A DNA stretch of 64,000 bases from Planctomycetota bacterium (GTDB lineage Bacteria; Planctomycetota; UBA11346): assembly GCA_038213805.1 (NCBI GenBank), contig JBBQSO010000006.1:32001-96000 (forward strand), read 5' to 3'. Positions within the stretch are counted from its first letter, which is position 1; the number at the start of each line of letters is the position of its first letter. Positions 10,095 to 22,000 of this stretch are shown in pieces. The notes beneath the pieces were generated by a model, which saw nothing but the letters and a program-made list of their open reading frames with translations, ran no database searches and was not told the origin of the DNA. The position numbers and the translations under genes were made by a program.

Positions 10095-13000
10095 ATGCGC
10101 CTCAACGCCTCTCCCGCCGTGACCGCGACCGCCTGGACCATCGGGGCCGCCCTCCGGCGAGCGCAGGACACCCTGAGGTCGGGAGCGCGCTGGGCGCTAG
10201 GGTTGCTGCTGTGCGTCGCGACGACCTTCGCCGCCGCGGCCACCGCGCCTACCGTCGTCATCACCTGCCCGGCAGTCACCGCCGCCTCGACCAACCTCTC
10301 AGTCGTCACCTTCACCGCCACCTTCAGCCAGGCGGTCTCGGGCTTCGACGTCAGCGGCATCACCACCGTCAACGCCGCGGCCGGCGCCTTCACCGTGGTC
10401 AACGCCACCGTCTACACCTTCTCGATGACCCCGGCGGCCGAGGGCGTGTTCAGCGCCAAGGTCAACGCCGGCGCCTGCACCGCCACCGCGGCGGGCGCCA
10501 CCCCCAACCTCGCCTCGGTGGTGTTCGCCAAGACCTACGATGTCACCGCGCCGACCACCACCATCACCTCGACCGCGCCGTCGCTGACCAACACCACCAT
10601 CCCCATCAAGATCACCTTCAATGAGGCGGTCGCCGGGTTCACGCTCACCGACATCACCGTCAGCGGCGGCACGGTCGCCAGCTTCGCCGGCAGCGGCGCG
10701 ACCTACACCGCGATCGTCACCGCCAGCGGCGACGGCAGCGTGACCGTCGATGTGGCGGGCGGCGCCTGCACCGACATCGCCGGCAACGCCAACGTCGTCG
10801 CGACCCAGCTGGTGCGCACCTTCGACCACACCGCGCCGACCGCCACCATCACCACCACCGCAGCGAGCCCGGTCAACGCCGCGTATCCGGTGACCGTGAC
10901 GTTCAGTGAGGCGGTGACCGCTTTCATCGCCACGAACATGACCGTGACCGGCGGGACGATCGCGAGCTTCGCCGGCAGCGGCTCGACCTACACCTTCACC
11001 GTCAACCCGACGCTGCAGGGCAACGTCACCGTCGCCCTGACGGCGAGCAAGACCAAGGATCTGGCCGGCAACTTCAACAGCGCCGCCACCAGCCTGGTCG
11101 TGGTCTTCGACTCGGTGCGCCCGACCGCCGCGTTCACCTCGACGGTGTCGACCGCCACCACCAACCTCGCCACCATCCCGATGACCCTGACCTTCTCGGA
11201 GGTGGTCACCGGCTTTGACATCTCGCAGATCGCGGTCACCAACGGCGCCACCAGCAACGCCGCGGGCAGCGGTCGCACCTACACCTTCGACCTGGCGCCG
11301 ACCGCCGAGGGCGCGGTGACGGTGAACTACGCCATCGGCCAGGTCGCCGATGCGGCCAACAACACCAATACCGCCTCCGCCGCGTTCACCAGGACCTACG
11401 ACACCACTGCGCCGACGATCTCGATCACCAGCACCGCGCCGACCCTGACCAACGCGGTCATCCCGATCAAGATCACCTTCAGCGAGGCGGTCACCGGCTT
11501 CACCCTTGGCGACATCACCGTCGGCAACGGCACGGCCTCGGCGCTGCTCGGCAGCGGCGCGAGCTATACCGCCAACGTCACCGCCACCACCGACGGGCAG
11601 GTCACCGTCGACGTGGCCGACGCGGTGTGCACCGACATCGCCGGTAACGCCGATATCGCCGCCTCGCAGTTCAGCGTGGCCTTCGACAAGACCTCGCCGA
11701 TCGCCACCATCGCCACCACCACGCCGACCCCGTCGAACGTGCCCTTCGCGGTGACCGTGTCCTTCGACGAGGCGGTCACCGGCTTCGTCGCCAGCGACAT
11801 GAGCGTGACCAACGGCGCGATCTCGGGCTTCGCGGGCAGCGGCGCCAGCTACAGCATGGTCATCACCCCCGCCACGCAGGGCAACGTCACCATCACGATG
11901 ACTGCGGCCAAGTGCCTCGACCTGGCGGGCAACAGCAACCTCGCCGCCACCGCGCTGGCCGTGGTCTTTGATACCGTGAAACCGACCGTGGTCTTCACCT
12001 CCACGATCAGCGCCGCCAGCACCAACCTGTCGACCATCCCGGTGACCGCCACCTTCTCGGAGGTGGTGACCGGCTTCAGCGACAGCCAGCTCACCCTGGT
12101 CAACGGCTCAACCGCCAATCTCGCCGGCAGCGGCCGCACCTACACCTTCGACCTCAACCCCGGCGTCGAGGGCACGGTCACCGTCGCGCTGCCTGCGGGC
12201 CAGGCGACCGATGCGGCCGGCAACACCAACAGTCTGTCCACCACCTTCAGCAAGGCCTACGACCTGACCGCGCCGACCGTGACGGTGACCGGCACCGGTC
12301 CGGCCGTGACCAACACCACCATCCCCATCCGCATCGTCTTCAACGAGGCGGTGAGCGGCTTCACCGTCGGCGACCTGACCGTGGTCGGCGGCACCGCCGG
12401 CTCGTTCGCGGGTTCGGGCGCCACCTACACCGCGGTCATCACTGCGACCAGCGACGGCACCGTCACCGTGGATATCGACGCCGCGGTGTGCACCGACATC
12501 GCCGGCAACGCCCTGGCCGCGGGCACCGCGCAGTTCAGCGCGGTGTTCGACCATACCGCGCCGACCGCGACCATCGCCTCGACTTCGACCAGCCCGACCA
12601 GCGCCGCGTTCCCCGTGACCATCGTCTTCAGCGAGCCGGTGACGGCCTTCGTCGTCGCCAACGTCACCGTCACCAACGGCACCATCTCGGGCTTCTCGGG
12701 CAGCGGCGCCAACTACGCCTTCACCGTCACTCCGCCGGCCCAGGGCACCGCGGTGGTGGCTCTGACCGCGGGCAAGGTCAAGGACCTGGCCGGCAACTTC
12801 AACCTCGCGGCCGGCAGCCTGAGCATGGCCTTCGACAGCGTGCATCCGACCGTCGTGCTGAGCTCGACCCTGACCGTGGGCAGCACCAACCTCTCGACCA
12901 TCCCGGTCACGGCGACCTTCTCGGAGACCGTCACCGGCGTCGACTTCACCACGTTGACCCTGGTCAACGGTGTGGTCGCCAACTTCACCGGCGGCGGCCG

Positions 13001-16000
13001 CACCTACACCTTCGATCTGAACCCGAGCGCCGAGGGCACGGTCAGCGTCACCGTCCCCGCCAACAACGCGACCGACGGCGCCGGCAATGGCAACACCGCG
13101 AGCGCGACCTTCACCCGCGCCTACGACCTGACTGGGCCTACCCCGACCATCACCTCGACCGCTGCCAACCTGGTCAGCACCACCATTCCGGTCGTGGTGA
13201 CCTGGGATGAGGCCGTTACCGGCTTCACCCTCGCCGACGTCACCGTCGGCAACGGCACCGCGGGCTCCTTCGCCGGTTCGGGCGCCTCGTACAGCTTCCT
13301 GATCACCGCCACCGCCGACGGCACCGTCACCGTCGACATCGCCGGTTCGACCTGCACCGATATCGCGACCAACATCAACAACGCCGCCACCCAGTTCAGC
13401 CGCGTGGTCTTCGACCACACCGCGCCGACGGCGGTCATCACCACCACTGCGTCCAGCCGGACCAACGCCGCGATCCCGGTGACCATCACCTTCAGCGAGC
13501 CGGTGACGGCATTCGTCGCCACCAACGTCACGGTCACCAACGGCGTGATCTCCGGTTTCGCGGGCAGCGGCGCGACCTACAGCTTCACCGTCACCCCGCC
13601 CGCCCAGGGCACCGCGACCATCGCCCTGGCCGCGAACAAGGTGAAGGACATCGCCGGCAACTTCAACCTCGCCGCGACCAGCCTGCCGGTGGTCTTCGAT
13701 ACCGTGCACCCGACCGTCGCGCTGACCGCAGCGCTGGCGTCGAGCAGCTTCAACACCGGCAGCTTCCACGTCACCGCGACCTTCAGCGAGGCGGTGACCG
13801 GCTTCGATGAAACCGATGTCACCGTGGTCAACGGCGCGGTCGCGAACCTCACCGGCAGCGGCGCGAGCTACAGCTTCGACGTCACCACCGCCGTCACCGG
13901 CGCGGTCGCGGTGTCGATCGCCGCCAACGTCTGCACCGACCTGGCGACCAACAACAACCTGGCCTCGACCACCCTGACCAAGACCTATGACCTCAACGGT
14001 CCAGGCATGATCATCACCTCGACCGCGCCGGCGATCACCAAGGTGGCGATCCCGGTGACCATCACCTTCGACCAGCCGGTTACCGGCTTCGCGGTCGGTG
14101 ACCTGACGGTTGGCAACGGCACGGCCGGCAGCTTCACCGGCAGCGGCGCGACCTACAGCGCGGTGCTGACCGCCAGTGGCGACGGCACCGTCACCCTTGA
14201 TATCGCCGCGGGGGTCTGCCAGGACCTCGCCGCCAACGACAACACCAGCGGCATCCAGTTCGTCCGCACTTTCGACTCGACTGCCCCGACCGCGGTCTTC
14301 GCCACCACCGCGGCCAACCCGAGCAATGTCGCCATCCCCGTCACGGTGACCTTCAGCGAGACCGTGACCGGCTTCACGGCCAGCGCCCTGACCCTGACCA
14401 ACGGCACTGTGTCGGCCTTCGCGGGCTCGGGAGCGACCTACAGCTTCACGCTCTCCGCGGTCGCCCAGGGCACCGTGACGGTGGCCTTCGCGGCCAACAA
14501 ATACCATGACGTGCCCGGCAACTTCAATACGGCCACCACCACCATGAGCGTGGTCTTCGACACCGTGCGGCCGAGCGTCACCCTGACCTCCTCCGTGGCC
14601 TCGGCGACCTTCAACACCGGCACCTTCCCGGTGGTGGTGACCTTCAGCGAGGCGGTGACCGGCTTCGACGCGAGCTCGCTCACGATCGGCAACGGCGCCG
14701 TCGCCAACTTCGCCGGCAGCGGCGCGAGCTACAGCTTCGACGTCACCACCGCCACCCCCGGTGCGGTCACGGTGGCGGTCGCGGCCAGCGTCTGCACCGA
14801 CCTGGCGATCAACGACAACTTCGCATCGACAGTGCTGACGAAGACCTACGACACCACCGGCCAGACCCCGGTGATCGCCTCGACGGCGCCGGCGCTGACC
14901 AACGCGGCGATCCCGATCACCGTGACCTTCGGCCAGGCCGTCACCGGCTTCACCTCGGGTGATCTGACCGTCGGCAACGGCACGGTCACGGCCTTCAGCG
15001 GTTCAGGCGCGACCTACGCCGCGACCATCACCGCGACCACCGACGGCACCGTGACCGTCGACATCGCCGCGGGCGTCGCCCAGGATCTCGCCGGCAACGA
15101 CACCAGCACCGGTGCGCAGTTCTCGCGCAGCTTCGACCACACCCTGCCGACCGCGGCCATCGCCTTCGGCGGCGCCAACCCGACCAACGTCGCGATCCCG
15201 GTGACGGTGACCTTCAGTGAGCCGGTGAGCGGCTTCCTGGCTACCGCGCTGACCTTGACCAACGGCTCGGTCTCGGCCTTCGCCGGCTCGGGCGCGACGT
15301 ACACCTTCACCATGACTGCGACCACGCAGGGCACCGTGACGGTGGCCTTCGCGGCCAGCAAGTACCGCGACCTGGCGAACAATCTCAACACCGCGACCAC
15401 CACCCAGAGCGCGGTGTTCGACACCGTGCGGCCGACCGTGGTGCTGAGCACCAGCCTGGCCTCGGCCAGCTTCAACAGCGGCACCTTCCATGTCATCGCG
15501 ACCTTCAGTGAGGCGGTGACCGGCTTCGACGTCAGCGATGTGACCGTGACCAATGGTGCGGCCGCGGGCTTCACCGGCACCGGCGCGAGCTACGCCTTCG
15601 ACGTGACCACGGCTACCCTGGGCGCGGTTTCGGTGTCGATCGCGGCCAACGTCTGCACCGACCTGGCGATCAACAACAACGTCGCCTCGAGCGCGCTGGT
15701 CAAGACCTACGACACCAACGGGCCTGCAGTGGTCGTCACCTCGAACGCCCCGGCGCTGACCAACACCACCATTCCCATCACCGTGACCTTCGACCAGGCC
15801 GTCACCGGCTTCATCGCGGGCGACCTGACGGTGGGCAACGGCACGGTCTCGGCCTTCAGCGGCTCGGGCGCGACCTATGCGGTGACCATCACGGCGACCA
15901 CTGACGGCACCGTGACCGTCGACATCGCGGGCGGCGTCGCCCAGGACCTGGCCGGCAACAACAACACCACCGGCGCGCAGTTCTCGCGCACCTTCGACCA

Positions 16001-19000
16001 CACCCTGCCGACCGCGGCCATCGCCTTCACCGGCGCCAACCCGAGCAACGTCGTCCTGCCCGTGACGGTGACGTTCAGCGAGCCGGTGAGCGGCTTCCTG
16101 GTCAGCGCGCTGACCCTGACCAACGGCACCGCCTCGGCGGCGACCGGCAGCGGCGCGACCTACAGCTTCACCGTGACCGCGACCACGCAGGGCACCGTGA
16201 CGGTGGCCTTTGCGACGACCAAGTACCGTGACCTGGCAGGCAACTTCAATACCGCGACGACCACCCAGAGCGCGGTGTTCGACACCGTGCGGCCGACCGT
16301 GGCGCTGAGCACCAGCCTGACCTCGGGCAGCTTCAACAGCGGCAGCTTCCACGTCATCGCGACCTTCAGCGAAGCGGTGACCGGCTTCGACGTCAGCGAT
16401 GTGACCGTGACCAATGGCGCGGCCGCCGGCTTCACCGGCACCGGCGCCAGCTACGCCTTCGACGTGACCACGGCCACCGTGGGCGCGGTCTCGGTGTCGA
16501 TCGCGGCCAACGTCTGCACCGACCTGGCGATCAACAACAACGTCGCGTCGAGCGCGCTGGTCAAGACCTACGACACCTCGGCCCCGGGCCTGCTCATCAC
16601 CTCGGCCGCTCCGGCCATCACCAACAGCACCATTCCGCTCACCGTGACCTTCGACCAGGCGGTGACCGGCTTCATCGCGGGCGACCTGACCGTCGGCAAC
16701 GGCACGGTCACGGCCTTCAGCGGCTCGGGCGCGACCTATGCGGTGACCATCACCGCGACCACCGACGGTACTGTGACCGTCGATATCGCGGGCGGCGTCG
16801 CCCAGGACCTGGCCGGCAACAACAACACCACCGGCGCGCAGTTTGCGCGCACCTTCGACCACACCGCTCCGACCGCGGCGATCGCCCTGGGCGGCGCCAA
16901 CCCGACCAACACCACCATCCCCGTGACGGTGACCTTCAGCGAGCCGGTGAGCGGCTTCCTGGTCAGCGCGCTGACCCTGACCAACGGTACCGCCTCGGCG
17001 GCCACCGGCAGCGGCGCGACCTACAGCTTCACCGTGACCGCGACCACGCAGGGCACCGTGACGGTGGCCTTCGCGACGACGAAGTACCGCGACCTGGCGG
17101 GCAACTTCAACACTGCGACCACCACCCAGAGCGCGGTGTTCGACACCGTCCGCCCAACGGTTGCGCTGACCAGCACCACGACCTCGCCGCTGTTCAACAC
17201 CGGGACCTTCCGCGTCATCGCGACCTTCAGTGAGGCGGTGACCGGCTTCGACGTCAGCGATGTCACGGTCTCGAACGGTGCGGCCTCGGGCTTCACCGGT
17301 ACGGGCGCGAGCTACGCCTTCGACGTCACCACTGCCACCATCGGGCAGGTCTCGGTGTCGATCGCGGCCAACGTCTGCACCGACCTGGCGATCAACAACA
17401 ACGTCGCCTCGAGTGCCATGGTCAAGACCTATGACACCAACGGGCCGGGCGTGACCATCACCTCGACCGCCCCGGCGATCACCAATGCCGCCATCCCGGT
17501 GACCATCACCTTCGACCAGCAGGTCACCGGCTTCAGCCCGACCGACCTGACGATCGGCAACGGCAGCGTCGCGGCCTTCAGCGGCTCGGGCGCGACCTAT
17601 GCGGTGACCATCACCGCGACCAGCGACGGCACTGTGACCGTCGACATCGCGGGTGGCGTCTGTCAGGACCTGGCCGGCAACAACAACACCACCGGCGCGC
17701 AGTTCTCGCGCACCTTCGACCATGTCGCGCCGACGTCCGCCATCACCCTGGGCGGCAGCAACCCGACCAACACCACCATCCCGGTGACGATCACGTTCAG
17801 CGAGACCGTGAGCGGCTTTGCCGCCAGCGCGCTGACCATCACCAACGGTACCGCCTCGGCGGTCAGCGGCAGCGGCGCGACCTACGCCCTCACCGTGACC
17901 GCGACCACGCAGGGCACCGTGACGGTGGCCTTCGCGGCTAGCAAATACCGCGACCTCGCCGGCAACTTCAACACCGCGACCACCACCCAGAGTGCGCTCT
18001 TCGACAGCGTGCGGCCGACCGTGGTGCTGAGCACCAGCCTGGCTTCGAGCAGCTTCAACACCGGCAGCTTCCATGTCATCGCGATCTTCAGCGAGGCGGT
18101 GACCGGCTTCGACGTCAGCGATGTGACCGTGACCAACGGCGCGGCCGCCGGCTTCACCGGCACCGGCGCGAGCTACGCCTTCGACGTCACCACGGCGACC
18201 CCGGGCGTGGTCACGGCGTCGATCGCGACCAGCGCCTGCGCTGACGCCGCGACCAACGCGAACCTCGCGTCGAACACCCTGTCCAAGGTCTTCAACACCA
18301 CCGGACCGGTTCCGGCGATCGCCACGAGCGCTCCCGGCCTGACCAACACCACCATCCCGATCACCGTGACCTTCACCGCGCCGGTGACCGGCTTCACCCA
18401 GGGCGACCTGACCATCGGCAACGGCACGGTCTCGGCCTTCAGCGGCTCGGGCGCGACCTATGCGGCGACCATCACCGCGACCACCGACGGCACCGTGACC
18501 GTCGACATCGCCGCGGGTGTCGCCCAGGACCTGGCCGGCAACGACAACAGCACCGGCGTGCAGCTGGCGCGCACCTTCGACCACACCGCGCCGACCGCGG
18601 CCCTGGCCCTGGGCGGAGCCAACCCGACCAACACCACCATCCCGGTGACGGTCACCTTCAGCGAGGCGGTGAGCGGCTTCGCGGCCAGCGCGCTGACCAT
18701 CACCAACGGCACCGCCTCGGCGGTCAGCGGTAGCGGTGCGACCTACGCCTTCACCGTCACTGCGACCACGCAGGGCACCGTGACGGTGGCCTTCGCGGCG
18801 AACAAATACCGCGACTTCGCGAACAACTTCAACACTGCGACCAGCACCCAGAGCGCGGTGTTCGACACCGTCCGTCCGACCGTGGTGCTGACCACCAGCC
18901 TGGTCTCGGGCAGCTTCAACACTGGCACCTTCCATGTCATCGCGACCTTCAGCGAGGCGGTGACCGGCTTCGACGTCAGCGATGTGACGGTGACCAACGG

Positions 19001-22000
19001 CGCGGCCGCCGGCTTCACCGGCACCGGTGCGAGCTACGCCTTCGACGTCACCACCGCCGTCCAGGGTGCGGTGGGGGTCTCGATCTTGGCCAATGCCTGC
19101 ACCGACCTGGCGATCAACAACAACGTCGCCTCGAACGCGCTGAGCAAGACCTACGACACCACCGGGCCGGTCCCGACCATCGCTTCGACCGCCCCCGCCA
19201 TCACCAACGCCACCATCCCGATCACGGTGACCTTCGACCAGCCGGTGACCGGCTTCGTCTCGGGCGACCTGACCATCGGCAACGGCACGGTCTCGGCCTT
19301 CAGCGGCTCGGGCGCGACCTATGCGGCGACCATCACCGCGACCAGCGATGGCACCGTGACCGTCGACATCGCGGGCGGCGTCGCCCAGGACCTGGCCGGC
19401 AACAACAACACCACCGGCGTGCAGCTGGCGCGCACCTTCGACCACACCGCCCCGACCGCGGCCATCGCCTTCGCCGGCAGCAACCCGACCAACCTGGCGC
19501 TGCCCGTGACGGTGACCTTCAGCGAGCCGGTCAGCGGCTTCCTGGCCACCGCCCTGACGGTCAGCAATGGCGCGGTCTCGGCCTTCACCGGCAGCGGCGC
19601 GACCTACACCTTCACGGTCACGCCGTCCGCGCAGGGCACCGTCACGGTCGCCTTCGCGGCCGGCAAGTACCGCGACCTCGCGACCAACCTCAACACCGCG
19701 ACCACCACGCTGAGCACGATCTTCGACACCGTGCGTCCGACCGTGGTGCTGAGCACCACCCTGGCCTCGAGCACCTTCAACACCGGCAGCTTCCACGTCA
19801 TCGCGACCTTCAGCGAGGCGGTCACCAGCTTCGACGTCAGCGACGTCACGGTGACCGGCGGCGCGGCCTCGGCCTTCACGGGCACCGGTGCGAGCTACGC
19901 CTTCGACGTGACCACCGCCACCCCGGGCGCCGTCGGCGTCGCGATCGCCACCAGCGTGTGCACCGACCTCGCGACCAACAGCAACGTGGCCTCGAGCACG
20001 TTGACCAGGACCTATGACACCAGCGGCCCCGGTCTGGTCATCACCTCGGCCGCTCCGGCTGCGACCAATGCGCCCATCCCGATCACGGTGACCTTCGACC
20101 AGCCGGTGACCGGCTTCGTCCAGGGCGACCTGACCGTCGGCAACGGCACGGTCACCGCCTTCAGCGGCTCGGGTGCGACCTACGCGGTGACCATCACCGC
20201 GACCACCGACGGCACCGTCACGGTCGACATCGCGGGCGGTGTCGCGCAGGATCTCGCCGGCAACGACAACACCACCGGCGCGCAGTTCTCGCGCACCTTC
20301 GACCACACCATCCCGACGGCGGCCATCGCTCTGGGCGGGCCCAACCCGACCAACAGCGCCATCCCGGTCACGGTGACCTTCAGCGAGCCGGTGAGCGGCT
20401 TCACCGCCGGCGCCCTGACCATTACCAACGGCGTGGTCTCGGCCTTCACGGGCAGCGGCGCGACTTACACCTTCACCGTCACGCCGCCCGCGCAGGGCAC
20501 CGTGACGCTGGCCTTCGCGGCTGGCAAATACCGCGACATCGCCGGCAACTTCAACACCGCCACCACCACCCAGAGCGCGGTGTTCGACACCGTCCGCCCG
20601 ACCGTGGTGCTGACCACCAGCCAGGCCTCGGCCACCTTCAACACCGGCACCTTCCATGTGATCGCGACCTTCAGCGAGGCGGTGACCGGCTTCGACGTCA
20701 ACGATGTGACGGTGACGAACGGTGCGGCCACGGCCTTCACCGGCACCGGCGCGAGCTACGCCTTCGACGTCACCACCGCCGTCCAGGGCACCGTCGGCGT
20801 GGCCATCGCGACCAGCGTCTGCACCGACCTGGCGTCCAACAACAACCTCGCTGCGACGACCCTGAGCCGCACCTACGACATCACCGGCCCGACCGTGACC
20901 ATCGCCTCGGCCGCTCCGGCCCTGACCAACACCACCATCCCGATCACCCTGACCTTCAGCGAGGTGGTGACCGGCTTCACGACCGGCGACCTGACCGTCG
21001 GCAACGGCACGGTCACGGCCTTCAGCGGCTCGGGCGCAACCTACGCGGCGACCATCACCGCGACCACCGACGGCTCGGTGACGGTCGACATCGCGGGCGG
21101 CGTCTGCACCGATCTCGCCGGCAACGGCAGCACCACCGGCACGCAGTTCAGCCGCACCTTCGACCACACCCTGCCGACCGCGGCCATCGCCTTCGCCGGA
21201 GCCAGCCCGACCAATGCGCCGCTCGCGGTGACGGTGACCTTCAGCGAGCCGGTGACCGGCTTCCTGGCCTCTGCCTTGACGGTCAGCAACGGCGCGGTCT
21301 CGGCCTTCACCGGCTCGGGCGCGACCTACACCTTCACGGTCACGCCGCCCGCGCAGGGCTCGGTCTCGGTCGCCCTCGCGGCCGCCAAGTACCATGACCT
21401 GGCCAACAACAACAACACCGCGACGACCACCCTGAGCGCGGTGTTCGACACCGTGCGCCCGACCGTGGTGCTGAGCACCGGCCTGACCTCGGCCACCTTC
21501 AACACCGGCACCTTCCATGTGATCGCGACCTTCAGCGAGGCGGTCACCAGCTTCGACGTCAGCGATGTGACGGTGACGAACGGCGCGGCCTCGGGCTTCA
21601 CCGGCACCGGCGCGAGCTACGCCTTCGACGTCACCACGGCGACCGAAGGTGCCGTCGGCGTGGCCATCGCGGCCACCGTGTGCACCGACATCGCGACCAA
21701 CAACAACGTCGCCTCGAACACGCTGACCAAGACCTATGACGTCAGCGGCCCGGCCGTGACCATCACCTCGGCCGCCGCGGCCATGGTCAATGCGCCCTTC
21801 ACCATCACCGTGACCTTCGACCAGGCGGTGACCGGCTTCGCCCTGGGCGACCTGACCGTGGGCAACGGTACGGCCTCGGCCCTGACCGGCTCGGGTGCGA
21901 CCTACGCCCTGAGCATCAGCCCGACCGCTGATGGTACGGTGACCGTCGACATCGCGGCGGGCGTCGCCCAGGACCTGGCCGGCAACGACAACACCACCGG